NCBI GenBank assembly: GCA_001819495.1
Contig: MHMW01000028.1
Coordinates: 69,398-133,397, forward strand
Direction: 5' to 3'
From: Candidatus Portnoybacteria bacterium RBG_19FT_COMBO_36_7
GTDB lineage: Bacteria; Patescibacteriota; Minisyncoccia; Portnoybacterales; GWB1-42-6
DNA: 64,000 nt
Part shown: piece by piece, positions 49,214 through 59,191 of the stretch
Layout: each line of letters opens with the position of its first letter
How positions within the stretch are numbered: the stretch's first letter is position 1
Position numbers and translations under genes: made by a program
The notes under the pieces: generated by a model
What the model saw: the letters and a program-made list of their open reading frames with translations, nothing else
Database searches by the model: none
What the model was told of the DNA's origin: nothing

Positions 49214-49720
49214 TTATTTTCCGATTATCATTGAAAAACCTCTTGGTTGTCTGGTTATTCCCTGTTCAACCGAGACTGCTTCGCTTAACAGCGATTTGAA
49301 CTCTCCTATTTTTTGCCTGGCCATGTTGCCGAATGCTTTTTCCCGGCCGCGCAGAATAATCTCTATCCTTACTTTATATCCCTTTTTTAAAAAATTCTCT
49401 GCCTGGTTTACTTTAAGTTCAAGGTCGTGCTTGGCAGTGTTTAATCCGATACGGATTCCTTTCAATCCTGATTTTTTCTGATTAACTTTTTGCTGGCGCG
49501 CCTGTTTTTCTTTCTGATACTGGAATTTGCCGTAATCGGCAATGCGGCAGACCGGCGGGTCAGATTTGGCCGAGACTTCAATTAAGTCCAGGCCCTTATC
49601 CATGGCCATCTGGAGTGCTTGGGAAGTCGGCACAACGCCAATTTGCTTGCCTGTTTCGTCTACCAGGCGCACTTGAGGGACTCTTATTTGGTGATTAACT
49701 CGGTTAGATATAAAGATAAT
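49214..49720 (-). CDS. infC: translation initiation factor IF-3 with non-canonical start
   Basis: RVNHQIR..QVRLVD, LDLIEV, PPVCRIADYGKF, RGRE; frame extends upstream of 49672 to ATA 49711, ATC 49717 and ATT 49720; exact start uncertain. Confidence 0.93.
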   Translation of the reverse strand: MIFISNRVNHQIRVPQVRLVDETGKQIGVVPTSQALQMAMDKGLDLIEVSAKSDPPVCRIADYGKFQYQKEKQARQQKVNQKKSGLKGIRIGLNTAKHDLELKVNQAENFLKKGYKVRIEIILRGREKAFGNMARQKIGEFKSLLSEAVSVEQGITRQPRGFSMIIGK

Positions 49721-49728
49721 TTTGCGCT

Positions 49729-49986
49729 TTAATGATAAAGATAATGATTTAATTGTTTTTTAAGAAATTTTCTACCGGAACCACTTTTCAGAAATCTTTC
49801 TCTATTTTTTGCATCAATTCTGTCTATATAGCTTTCATAGTAAATTAACTTTATTAGCAATCTGTTTTTTGTTGAATCAACTTCGCCCTTGCTGTGACTT
49901 TTAAATCTGAGCTTCAAATCATTAGTATGTCCTATATACTACCATCCATTATCTTTTTTGCTTTCTAGAAGATAGACGTAATACAT
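49729..49986 (-). pseudogene. GIY-YIG nuclease gene interrupted by an in-frame TAG
   Basis: MYYVYLLESKKDNGW*YIGHTNDLKLRF..H..G...ST...LIYYE.....A..RE.FLKSG.GR. Confidence 0.8.
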
Positions 49987-50036
49987 TTTACGTGCCTACC
50001 GCGTGGAAAAATTTGTATGCAAATTTTTCTTTACGC

Positions 50037-50389
50037 GGTGGAGATGGCGGGAATTGAACCCGCGTCTAGTTAGCGTTTTTCAAATTATTTCTACGATCAT
50101 ATCCTAATTTTGCCTCTTAGGTTAGGAAACTTAAAATTAGACAAAATGAATCCAAACCGCATTCGGTTTATCTCGGCCGCATCCCCGAAAATATGCAGCC
50201 TATCTCGATTTTTTGACACCTTTATTTGGCTATCGAGAATCACCAAGAAAGATGTGCTTTAAGCAATAGCTAAAGCAGGTTGTTTGTTGAACAAGTTGGC
50301 ACTTATTCTTTTTCTAAAAGTTTAATGAGATTTTAGAATACTCAGATCGCATATTTTAAAAAGTGCTCCTATCGAGGCCTATCATCCCC
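50037..50389 (-). ncRNA. ssrA: tmRNA
   Basis: 5' GGGGATG pairs with 3' CATCTCC-A; T arm GCGGGTTCAATTCCCGC; tag ORF ANLFNKQPALAIA*; adjacent to smpB. Confidence 0.95.
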
Positions 50390-50393
50390 CTGA

Positions 50394-50843
50394 TTAGTAT
50401 TTTCCCCGCAAGGCTCTGTTTATGTCTCTTTTTGACTCTCGTTCTATTATTTTACCGCGTTTATCAGCCTTGCGTTTTCCTCTGGCTAAGGCAAATTCAA
50501 TTTTGACCCTAGCCTTTTTAGTATACACACGGATAGGCACTAAAGTCAATCCTTTCTGGTGGGTTTTGCCGATCAGGCTTTGAATTTCGTGCTTGTGCAA
50601 AAGGAGCTTTCTCGTGCGCAAAGGGTCATAATCCGGCGGCGCGTTTTTAGGCTGAAAAGGGGCGATATTGGCGTTTAATAACCAGGCTTCTTGGCCACGG
50701 ATGACAACATAAGACCCCTGCAGGCTGATATGGCCTTTTTTGGCGGACTTAACCTCGTGGCCGGTCAAAACTAAACCCGCCTCGTATTTTTCAAGGAATT
50801 CGTAGTCAAATGAAGCTTTGCGGTTGTAGGCTAATTCAGGCAT
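50394..50843 (-). CDS. smpB: SsrA-binding protein
   Basis: NRKA.FDY, EAGLVLTGHEVKS, RTRKLLLH, LARGK...DKR. Confidence 0.98.
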   Translation of the reverse strand: MPELAYNRKASFDYEFLEKYEAGLVLTGHEVKSAKKGHISLQGSYVVIRGQEAWLLNANIAPFQPKNAPPDYDPLRTRKLLLHKHEIQSLIGKTHQKGLTLVPIRVYTKKARVKIEFALARGKRKADKRGKIIERESKRDINRALRGKY

Positions 50844-50885
50844 TCTACGTTTACTTTAGCATTTATTTGCGATAAACTGAAGATA

Positions 50886-50962
50886 CATGCCAGGTAGTGA
50901 AAATTCGACTGCTGCCTGGCAGCAATCGTAAAATATTAGTCGAATTTCTACTACCTGGTATG
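50886..50962. repeat. ~75-bp palindromic element, copy 3
   Basis: catgccaggtagtgaaaattcgac...gtcgaatttctactacctggtatg; ends in the probable argS ATG. Confidence 0.8.
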
Positions 50963-52552
50963 CTTCGTCAAGAAATCAAAAAATTTTTGAATATGCCGGA
51001 GGCCGAAATCGGCCGGCCGGAAAATAGGAACTTTGGCGATTATTCAACTAACGTTGCTTTGAAATTGGCCAAAAAAGAAGGAAAGAATCCGATGGAAGCA
51101 GCAGAAGAAATAAAAAAGAATTTGGAATCAGGAGTCAGGAATCAGGAATTATTTAAGAAAACTGAAATTGTTAAGCCGGGTTTTATAAATTTTTTCGTGT
51201 CAGACGAATATTTGCAAAAAGAAATCGGTCAGATCATAGAAGATGGAGCGGAATATGGCAGGTTAAAACTCGGCGACAACAAAAAAGTTCAGGTTGAATT
51301 TATTTCCGCCAACCCCACAGGCCCGCTGACGCTTGGCAACGGCCGAGGCGGATTTTTTGGCGACGCGCTGGCCAACATATATGGAAAGGCCGGTTTTTCG
51401 GTAAAGCGGGAATATTTCATCAATGACGCCGGTTATCAGGTTGAGATTTTAGGCCATTCGATCCTGGGCGACGAGAAAGCGCAGTATCAGGGGCAGTATA
51501 TTGACGAACTGCGCAAAAAATTCACCGGATTTTTTTCGTCAAAAGACCCAAAGAAAGTGGGGGAAAAAGCGGCTGACTATATTATGGAAAAAATGATAAA
51601 ACCGACAGTCCGGGAACGGATGAACATAAAGTTTGATGAATGGATCTCTGAGAAAAAAATGCGTCAAACAGGCGCAGTTGAAAAAATACTCAAGCTTCTG
51701 AAAGAAAAAAACCTGACCTATGAGAAAGAAGGGGCTTTGTGGTTCAGGTCAGCTGATTTTGGCGACGACAAAGACAGAGTATTGATTACCTCTGATAAAA
51801 ATGAGAGAAACAACGAAGCGACTTATATATTATCCGATATTGCTTATCATCATGATAAATTCGTTGAGCGAAAGTTTGATAAAGCGGTAGATGTCTGGGG
51901 CGCGGACCATCACGGCTATGTAGGACGTTTGAAAGCCGCCAAAAAAGCGCTGCAGCTGCCTGGGGAGCTGGAAATCATCATTATGCAATTGGTGCGCCTG
52001 TTTGAAGGCGGCCAGGAGATCAGGATGTCAAAACGAGAGGGCACTTATATCACACTCGATGAATTACTTTATGAAATTCCGCTAGATGTGGCCAGATTTT
52101 TCTTTCTTATGTACAGCCCCGACACCCATATGGATTTTAATCTTGATCTGGCGCGCGAACAGTCGGAGAAAAATCCGGTCTATTATGTCCAATATGCATA
52201 CGCTCGGATACATAGTATCCTTGCTAAGTTCAAAGTTCAAAGTTCAAAGTTCAAGGTTGCAAGTCAAAATTTAAAATTATTGACTCATCCCTCAGAGATG
52301 GATCTGATAAAACAATTGATCCGCTTGCCAGAAATCATTGAGGATACAGCGCTCGATTATCAGGTCCAGCGTCTGCCCCAATACGCCTTGGAGATGGTGA
52401 GAGCTTTTCATAAATTTTATGAGGAATGCCGGGTGATTGATGATAAAAATCTTGATTTGACCGCGGCACGGCTTAAATTGGTGGAAGCAACCGGAATCGT
52501 TCTGAAAAACACTCTGGATTTGATGGGGATCAGCGCGCCGGAAAAAATGTAG
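50960..52552 (+). CDS. argS: arginine--tRNA ligase
   Basis: FGDYSTN, PGFINF, EFISANPTGPL, WGADHHGY, MSKREG, YVQYAYAR, APEKM; start reassigned to 50960. Confidence 0.97.
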   Translation: MLRQEIKKFLNMPEAEIGRPENRNFGDYSTNVALKLAKKEGKNPMEAAEEIKKNLESGVRNQELFKKTEIVKPGFINFFVSDEYLQKEIGQIIEDGAEYGRLKLGDNKKVQVEFISANPTGPLTLGNGRGGFFGDALANIYGKAGFSVKREYFINDAGYQVEILGHSILGDEKAQYQGQYIDELRKKFTGFFSSKDPKKVGEKAADYIMEKMIKPTVRERMNIKFDEWISEKKMRQTGAVEKILKLLKEKNLTYEKEGALWFRSADFGDDKDRVLITSDKNERNNEATYILSDIAYHHDKFVERKFDKAVDVWGADHHGYVGRLKAAKKALQLPGELEIIIMQLVRLFEGGQEIRMSKREGTYITLDELLYEIPLDVARFFFLMYSPDTHMDFNLDLAREQSEKNPVYYVQYAYARIHSILAKFKVQSSKFKVASQNLKLLTHPSEMDLIKQLIRLPEIIEDTALDYQVQRLPQYALEMVRAFHKFYEECRVIDDKNLDLTAARLKLVEATGIVLKNTLDLMGISAPEKM

Positions 52553-52575
52553 CGTTAAATTCCTTGATTAAAAAA

Positions 52576-52610
52576 TTAAAGCACCGCTTAAATTAACGCG
52601 GTGCTTTTTG
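52576..52610. terminator. bidirectional terminator hairpin
   Basis: aaagcaccgc...gcggtgcttttt. Confidence 0.7.
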
Positions 52611-52619
52611 GCGCAGCTG

Positions 52620-52823
52620 CTAATTGAACATTGTCGGAGGGGCCGGAATATTGGTAGAAATATTGATTCCGCCTTTCTTTTTTGCGCTTCTTGGATAACC
52701 CAGAGAAATTGTCATTAAATTAGGGCGTTTCTTGAACCGGCGCAGAATTTTTGCTTTTTGGGCGCTGATGCAGCCAATGTCATCCTGGCATGGATCATAT
52801 CCATTGATGCACATATTCACCAC
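52620..52823 (-). CDS. small hypothetical protein
   Basis: SD aaggaggt and TTGACC-17-TATAAA promoter; reading frame uncertain. Confidence 0.45.
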   Translation of the reverse strand: MVNMCINGYDPCQDDIGCISAQKAKILRRFKKRPNLMTISLGYPRSAKKKGGINISTNIPAPPTMFN

Positions 52824-52938
52824 CTCCTTTGACTAATATTTTTAGGAAAAGAACAGCTGATTATTTTATAACAGATTGGTTGATTTTGGTCAAATAAAAA
52901 AGGCCGCTTTTTTGACTTTTTAAGATTTTCGGACTACT

Positions 52939-55785
52939 ATGAAATATATGAATCTTCCCCAAATAGAGCAGAAAATCCTCAGGTTCTGGGATAAAAAGAA
53001 AATATTTTCCAAAAGTTTAGCTAAGACCAAAAAAGGGTCTCGTTTTGTTTTCTTTGAAGGCCCGCCGACCGCCAACGGTCTGCCTGGTCTGCATCATGTT
53101 GAAGCGCGGGCTTTTAAGGATATAATTCTCCGTTTCAAAACAATGCAGGGTTTTTTTGTTGAAAGGAAAGCCGGCTGGGACACTCATGGTCTGCCGGTTG
53201 AGATCGAAGTCGAAAAACAGCTCGGACTGAAAAGCAAAAAAGATATAGAAAAATACGGAATAGACAGATTCAATAAAAAATGCAAAGAAAGCGTCTGGCG
53301 CTACAAAAATGAATGGGAAAGAATGACCGCCCGCATGGCATTCTGGCTGGACATGAAAAATCCCTATGTCACTTATGAAAATTATTATATTGAAAGCGTC
53401 TGGCATATTTTGAAGGAGATCTTTGACAAAGGCCTGCTTTACAAAGGCCAGCGGGTAGTGCCTTATTGTCCAAGATGCGGCACGGCCTTGTCTTCTCATG
53501 AGGTCGCTTTGGGTTATGAAACAATTAAAGAGGCATCAATCTATTTTAAATTGCCGATCAAGGCCGAAAATTCTTCATATTTCTTAGTTTGGACAACGAC
53601 TCCCTGGACCCTGCCGGCCAATACGGCTTTGGCAGTCGGGGAAAACATAAATTACGTTAAGGTTAAGCTGGGCAAAGAAAAATATATTCTGGCCAGAGAG
53701 CGCCTCGGCGTTTTGCCGGAAGGCTATGAAATTGAAAGCGAATTTTTGGGCGGAGCGCTGGTTGGCCGGGAATACGAACCGCTCTATCCGATGAAACTGG
53801 ACAAACCCGGTTATAAAGTAGTGGCCGCCGATTTTGTTTCGGTGGAAGAGGGTACGGGTATTGTCCATATCGCTCCTTCGTTTGGTATCGAAGATATGGA
53901 ATTGGGCGAGAAAGAAAGCCTGCCTTCGGTGATGACAGTGGAGCTTGACGGAAATGTGACAAAGGGCTTGGGTATCCCCGGTGAAGGTAAGTTTGTCAAA
54001 GAAGCGGATGAGGACATAAAAGCGGATCTTAAAAAACGCAGGATGCTTTTCAAAGAAGAAATGTACGAACATGAATATCCTTTTTGCTGGAGATGCGATA
54101 CCCCTTTAATTTATTACGCCAAAATTTCCTGGTTTATAAAAATGTCTTCTGTCAGGCAGAAGCTTTTGCAGAACAACGAAGAGATCAATTGGGAGCCGGC
54201 GCATTTGAAACGGGGGCGTTTTGGGGAATGGCTGAGGGAAGCCAAAGACTGGAATTTATCGCGGGAAAGATTTTGGGGCACACCCCTGCCCATTTGGGAA
54301 TGCGAAAAATGCCATCAATTAAAAGCCATAGGCAGCATCAGGGAACTGGGTAAAAAATTAAAAGATCTGCACCGTCCGCATATAGATAAAATAACTTTTT
54401 CTTGTCCAAGATGCAGCGGAGCAATGAAGCGGGTGCCATATGTTATTGACTGCTGGTTTGATTCTGGCTCCATGCCGTTTGCCCAATGGCATTATCCGTT
54501 TGAGAAAAATAATAAGATCGAGGAAGGCGAAGCTTTTCCGGCCGATTATATCTGCGAAGCGGTTGATCAGACGCGCGGCTGGTTCTATACTTTGCTGGCC
54601 ATTTCAACTTTGCTAGGCAAGGGAACTTCCTATAAAAATGTGATCTGCCTGGGCCACGTTCTGGACGCCAAAGGCCAGAAAATGTCAAAGTCCAAAGGCA
54701 ATATCATTATGCCTCTGGACGTCATCAATCAATTTGGTTCAGACACGGTGCGCTGGTATCTTTACACGATAAATCAGGCAGGCGAGCCCAAGCGATTTGA
54801 TCTGAAAGACGTTAAAGATAAATTTAACCGGTTTTTTGGCACGCTTTACAACACATTTATATTTTTTCAAACCTATACAGGCAGATCTTTCAGGCCGGCA
54901 AAAAATTATAAACCAAAAAATATTTTGGACAGATGGATCATTTCTTTACTGAACTCTCGGATCATAAAAATGACTGACGGCCTTGAGCATTATGATGTGG
55001 TGACGGCGGCCAGATCCTTTGAAAGTTTCATTGACGATCTTTCCAACTGGTATGTGCGAAGATCGCGCCGCCGATTCCAGAAGCCCGAAAACGAAAAAGA
55101 AAAAAATGAAGCGGCCCAGACGCTCTATTATGTTCTCGTCAATCTATCAAAGCTGGCCGCGCCTTTTATTCCTTTCATTGCCGAAGAGATCTACCTGAAT
55201 TTAAAAAAGTCAAAAATGCCCGAATCAGTTCATCTTTGCGACTGGCCCCAAGCGGACAAAAAATCCATCAATAAAAATCTTGAGGGGGAAATGGCAGCAG
55301 TCAGAGAAATTGCCGCGCTGGCCCTGGCGGAGCGGGCGGGTGCCGGAATTAAAGTCCGCCAGCCACTTAATCAGTTAAAAGTTAAAAGTTCAAAGTTAAA
55401 AGCTGACAAAGAGCTGCTTGAGCTCATCAAGGACGAAGTTAATGTCAAAGAAATTATTTTTGAGGAAACTTTGAAGGGCGAGATTAAACTGGACAAAAAA
55501 ATAACCAAAGAGCTGAAAGAAGAAGGAATGTCCAGAGAGCTTATTCGTTCTGTCCAAGACATGAGAAGACAGCTGGGTTTAACGCGCAAAGACAGTATTT
55601 TGATAAATTTCCAATACCCAGTTTCCAATAACCAATTAAAAAAATTGATTGATAATTGGGCCGGATTCATAAAAAAAGAGACTTTATCGCGGGAGCTGAC
55701 CATCGGCCAGAAAATTAAATTTGATCAGGAAAAAGAAATTGAACTGGAGGGAAATAAAATAAAGGTCGGCATAAATAAAATATAA
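52939..55785 (+). CDS. ileS: isoleucine--tRNA ligase, type 2
   Basis: EGPPTANG.PGLHH, GWDTHGLP, WTTTPWTLP, DW..SR.RFWGTP, WFDSG, DQTRGWF, KMSKSKGN, NWYVRRSR. Confidence 0.97.
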   Translation: MKYMNLPQIEQKILRFWDKKKIFSKSLAKTKKGSRFVFFEGPPTANGLPGLHHVEARAFKDIILRFKTMQGFFVERKAGWDTHGLPVEIEVEKQLGLKSKKDIEKYGIDRFNKKCKESVWRYKNEWERMTARMAFWLDMKNPYVTYENYYIESVWHILKEIFDKGLLYKGQRVVPYCPRCGTALSSHEVALGYETIKEASIYFKLPIKAENSSYFLVWTTTPWTLPANTALAVGENINYVKVKLGKEKYILARERLGVLPEGYEIESEFLGGALVGREYEPLYPMKLDKPGYKVVAADFVSVEEGTGIVHIAPSFGIEDMELGEKESLPSVMTVELDGNVTKGLGIPGEGKFVKEADEDIKADLKKRRMLFKEEMYEHEYPFCWRCDTPLIYYAKISWFIKMSSVRQKLLQNNEEINWEPAHLKRGRFGEWLREAKDWNLSRERFWGTPLPIWECEKCHQLKAIGSIRELGKKLKDLHRPHIDKITFSCPRCSGAMKRVPYVIDCWFDSGSMPFAQWHYPFEKNNKIEEGEAFPADYICEAVDQTRGWFYTLLAISTLLGKGTSYKNVICLGHVLDAKGQKMSKSKGNIIMPLDVINQFGSDTVRWYLYTINQAGEPKRFDLKDVKDKFNRFFGTLYNTFIFFQTYTGRSFRPAKNYKPKNILDRWIISLLNSRIIKMTDGLEHYDVVTAARSFESFIDDLSNWYVRRSRRRFQKPENEKEKNEAAQTLYYVLVNLSKLAAPFIPFIAEEIYLNLKKSKMPESVHLCDWPQADKKSINKNLEGEMAAVREIAALALAERAGAGIKVRQPLNQLKVKSSKLKADKELLELIKDEVNVKEIIFEETLKGEIKLDKKITKELKEEGMSRELIRSVQDMRRQLGLTRKDSILINFQYPVSNNQLKKLIDNWAGFIKKETLSRELTIGQKIKFDQEKEIELEGNKIKVGINKI

Positions 55786-55853
55786 ATTCACCCCGTTAAA
55801 TAAAAATCTAGAAGATTTTTAATTTGCTCTGCAAATTATTTAACAGGGTAAAT
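55786..55853. repeat. palindromic element with caccccgttaaa...tttaacagggt ends
   Basis: Terminal inverted repeat enclosing two small hairpins. Confidence 0.55.
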
Positions 55854-55859
55854 AATTTC

Positions 55860-56993
55860 ATGAAAAAGATATTCATAATTTCTGCAGCGATTTTAATTCT
55901 GATTCCTTTTGCTGCTTCAGCCGCGCTTATTGAAAAAGATACCAGCTATACTCTGTCAAAAGAAAAGACTGTCGCAACCAACGTTTATGCCATGGGCAGC
56001 AGTATTATGTTTTTGGGCAATGCCAGCGAGGATCTGCTGGCAGTGGGAGGCACGATAGTTGTTTCTGGTAATGTCAGCAAAGATTTGAGTCTGGCCGGCG
56101 GCACCATTAATATTTCGGGCGAAACAGGAGAAGATGTCCGGGTGGGTGGCGGAACGATAAACCTGGACGGAAAAGTCGGGGGCGAACTGGCGGCTTTGGG
56201 CGGGCAAATTATTATCGGGCCGGGTGCTGAGGTAAAAAAAGACAGCTATATAATCGGCGGCAATATCCTGATAAACGGACATCTGGGGCAATATCTGGTG
56301 ATCAAAGGCGAAACAGTGACAATAGATGGCGTGATTGACGGAAGCGTCAAGATCACAGCCAGCGAAAAAATTACCATTGGCAGCAGCGCTCAGATAAAAG
56401 GAGCCCTGGACTACAGCGCACCGCATCGAGCAGAGATTGAGGAAGGTGCCAAGATCAGCGGAGCCGTCACATATAAGCAGTATATTGTGCCAAAAACCGG
56501 GGTAAAAACCAAAGGAGCTTTCATCCTCTGGATGCTGGTAAAAGGATTGATGGTTTTGCTGGCGGCGGTTGTTGTTTCTTTGCTCATTAAAAAACAAACG
56601 CAGGCGGCTGTACGATACGCCCTGCCTAATTTTGGCAAAGAGCTTCTGCGGGGTTTTATCATTCTGGTCGTTCTGCCGGTGGCGGTAATTATTTCCTTTA
56701 TAACAGTATTTGGTGGAATTCTGGGAGGCGCCGCTTTGCTTCTTTATATTACGATGGCGTTCTTTGGGGCAATTTTGTCGCCGATAATTTTGGGTGCGCT
56801 TTTGGCAAAATATATTTTTAAGCAGACAAATTTTGAAGGAGACTGGAAATCCGCGATTTTGGGTTCGGTTGTTTGGGGCGCTTTATATTTTGTTCCGTAT
56901 ATTGGGAAAACGGTATGTTTCGTATTTTTCCTGGCGGCATTCGGCACTCTCTTTAACTTCCTTTATAAACATTTCAGAGAGGCAGAAAAATAA
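55860..56993 (+). CDS. membrane protein with N-terminal beta-helix (bactofilin-like) repeats and C-terminal TM bundle
   Basis: Signal peptide, repeated AGG.I.I.G.V..D units, 4-5 TM segments. Confidence 0.8.
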   Translation: MKKIFIISAAILILIPFAASAALIEKDTSYTLSKEKTVATNVYAMGSSIMFLGNASEDLLAVGGTIVVSGNVSKDLSLAGGTINISGETGEDVRVGGGTINLDGKVGGELAALGGQIIIGPGAEVKKDSYIIGGNILINGHLGQYLVIKGETVTIDGVIDGSVKITASEKITIGSSAQIKGALDYSAPHRAEIEEGAKISGAVTYKQYIVPKTGVKTKGAFILWMLVKGLMVLLAAVVVSLLIKKQTQAAVRYALPNFGKELLRGFIILVVLPVAVIISFITVFGGILGGAALLLYITMAFFGAILSPIILGALLAKYIFKQTNFEGDWKSAILGSVVWGALYFVPYIGKTVCFVFFLAAFGTLFNFLYKHFREAEK

Positions 56994-57117
56994 AGAATAT
57001 GGAAAAAATCGCTTCCAAAAGAGGCGGTTTTTTCATTTGCTGGAGCCATTGGACAATGCTCAAGGCAGGCCGTCTGATGAATTGTTAGAGCCGCCAAAAA
57101 ATAGTATAATTATGATA

Positions 57118-57792
57118 ATGAAAAAAACATTTTATCTTTTTATTTTTATGGCTTTGGCAGGTCTTTTCCTGGCCGGCCAGGCCCAGGCTCATCAGCCCAG
57201 AATAGTTTCTGGCCAGGAAACAGCGGTCCAAAACCCGGAAATCTCCCAGGCTTTTTACGGCGAGCTGAAAGGCCAGCCGCAGTTGTTTGAAATTAATTCT
57301 GAAAATGATTTTGTCCTTTACGTCAATATTTTGGTGCCTGATCTGCCCGGTGCGAACAAGGGAATCAAGGCGGATATATATAGGATAGAAAACGGGGATC
57401 AGCAGCTGGTCGCAGAACTGGGCGGCGAAAATTTTGACTGGAGTAAATTTTTTGAGCCGTTCGGCGGGGACAGCTACTTAAAAGGCCCGGAATATAGAGA
57501 ACAGGCGGAGAAAGGCAGATATTTGGTCAGCGTTTCTAGCAGCCAGAACTCAGGCAAATATTCTCTGGCCATCGGCTCGCAGGAATCATTTCCGCTTAAA
57601 GAAATTTTAAAGACGATAGCGCTCCTGCCGGTTTTAAAAATGGATTTTTTTGAAAGATCTCCCTTAACCGCCTATTTTAACTACACCGGCCTTTTTTTGC
57701 TGGGAACTCTGATAATTTTGTTTCTGGCCATATTTTTGGTTATTAAGCTTGCCAAAAAATTAAGGAAAAAAGACAACCCTGTTACTTTTTGA
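57118..57792 (+). CDS. exported protein with C-terminal membrane anchor
   Basis: Signal peptide ending AQA-HQP, F.EPFG..Y, GKYSLAIG..E.F; start reassigned. Confidence 0.7.
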   Translation: MKKTFYLFIFMALAGLFLAGQAQAHQPRIVSGQETAVQNPEISQAFYGELKGQPQLFEINSENDFVLYVNILVPDLPGANKGIKADIYRIENGDQQLVAELGGENFDWSKFFEPFGGDSYLKGPEYREQAEKGRYLVSVSSSQNSGKYSLAIGSQESFPLKEILKTIALLPVLKMDFFERSPLTAYFNYTGLFLLGTLIILFLAIFLVIKLAKKLRKKDNPVTF

Positions 57793-57814
57793 TGGTTATT
57801 TCGTTCTAAATTAT

Positions 57815-58345
57815 ATGAAAAAGACTATTTTAATTTTGATCACCGTGGCGGTCTTGGGGGTCGCGGTCTGGGTCTATTTAAAGCAGACAAATAGTCTGCC
57901 TTTTGACAGCCAGCCGCTGCAAAGCAATTCAGAAGACCAGTCAGGCGATCAGAGACAGTTGGATATCTACAATAACGACGAATTTTTTCCTGAGCCAGAG
58001 CCCGGCCAAAAAGAGCTGACACCCGAGGAATTTGTCAGAAACTATCTGGAGGCCTATAAAAATATCGCGACAAAAAAGAATTTTGCCGAGGTAAAAAATT
58101 TTTTGACTTCCGACGCCCTGATTTTCATGCAAAGTGAAGGAGTGCCGCTGGAAACCAATTATACCAGCTTTGACAGCTTTGAGGTTCTAGATGTGGAAAA
58201 TTTGGGCAATCATTACGTTTCAAAAGTAAAGCTGTCCGGTAACGGACAGCTTTTGAAAAATCCTGATGGCGGCGAAGCAATCGAAATAGATTTCATCAGG
58301 CAGGGGGAAAATTTCAAGGCAGAAACCTGGTATTTCACCCAATAA
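57815..58345 (+). CDS. hypothetical membrane-anchored protein
   Basis: N-terminal TM segment, acidic linker. Confidence 0.7.
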   Translation: MKKTILILITVAVLGVAVWVYLKQTNSLPFDSQPLQSNSEDQSGDQRQLDIYNNDEFFPEPEPGQKELTPEEFVRNYLEAYKNIATKKNFAEVKNFLTSDALIFMQSEGVPLETNYTSFDSFEVLDVENLGNHYVSKVKLSGNGQLLKNPDGGEAIEIDFIRQGENFKAETWYFTQ

Positions 58346-58367
58346 ATAAAAAATAAATTAAAAAAAT

Positions 58368-59180
58368 ATGAAAAATATTCATCAGACAAACCGGGGTTTC
58401 CAAAAAATTCTGACAATAATGTTGACGGTCATCATTGCTTCGCTGGCCATTGCCGGCGGCGCCTATGCTTATAAAATATGGATAGTACCGGCAATGAATC
58501 AGCCAAGAGCAGAAGATAACAGCCAGCTGATCGGCGGGCAAAAAGACGAACATGGCTGTCTGATCGCGGCTGGCTATTCCTGGTGCGAGGCGAAACAAAA
58601 ATGTCTGCGAACCTGGGAAGAGCCATGCGTTTTTTTATCCGACGAGCAGGGCATCAGGCAGGCGTTTGCAGAAAAGTACAGCAAGATAACTTCGGATATA
58701 AATTTAAACATTTCTCAAAATGACGGAGCTTTTGCTAAGGGCTCGGTGGTATTTGGTCAGGGCGGACCGGGCGAAGGCGGCTATTTCTTCGCTTATAAAA
58801 AGGATGAAAAATGGGAAATTGCGGCTGATGGCAACGGTTCTGTTTCCTGCCGGTATCTGAAATATTACGGTTTTCCCGAAAGCATGACAGAGAATTTCTG
58901 TTACAATTCTGAAACAGTCAATGATTTTTCAGAGACCGGCAATTTGGTTGTGCGGGCAGGGGAATCGCCGGCTAGCTCATGGGTACTGGTCTATGAGGAG
59001 GCAGGCCAGCCGGCGTTATCCGTAAATTTATTCTTTACCCAAGACAGCTTCTGCAATTTTGGTTCCGGCGCCCAGCCGTGTCTTGAGCCCCAATTTAGCC
59101 AGGGCCAGCGCGCCAGGGTTGAAGGCTGGTTTTCCTCGCAGGGAAACGTGATGGTGAAAGACCTTATCATTATCAAATAA
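58368..59180 (+). CDS. membrane-anchored Cys-motif surface protein
   Basis: TM segment followed by IGGQKDEHGCLIAAGYSWCEAKQKCLRTWEEPC. Confidence 0.75.
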   Translation: MKNIHQTNRGFQKILTIMLTVIIASLAIAGGAYAYKIWIVPAMNQPRAEDNSQLIGGQKDEHGCLIAAGYSWCEAKQKCLRTWEEPCVFLSDEQGIRQAFAEKYSKITSDINLNISQNDGAFAKGSVVFGQGGPGEGGYFFAYKKDEKWEIAADGNGSVSCRYLKYYGFPESMTENFCYNSETVNDFSETGNLVVRAGESPASSWVLVYEEAGQPALSVNLFFTQDSFCNFGSGAQPCLEPQFSQGQRARVEGWFSSQGNVMVKDLIIIK

Positions 59181-59191
59181 ATAATTTTTAA

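Noticed and set aside
49939-49941. Stop-codon reassignment
   Set aside because: TAG and TGA terminate well-conserved genes here (polA, holA and argS end in TAG; archease and endoQ in TGA)
50940-50955. AATTTCTACT in the ~75-bp element resembles the Cas12a repeat core
   Set aside because: Copies are single and dispersed, with no repeat-spacer periodicity and no cas genes in the window
50897-50959. N-terminal extensions in the ORF track (argS 50897, also 23052, 28496, 35784, 48177, 55824, 56794, 62437)
   Set aside because: They run through repeats, promoters or upstream genes; downstream ATGs have better start signals and match family N-termini
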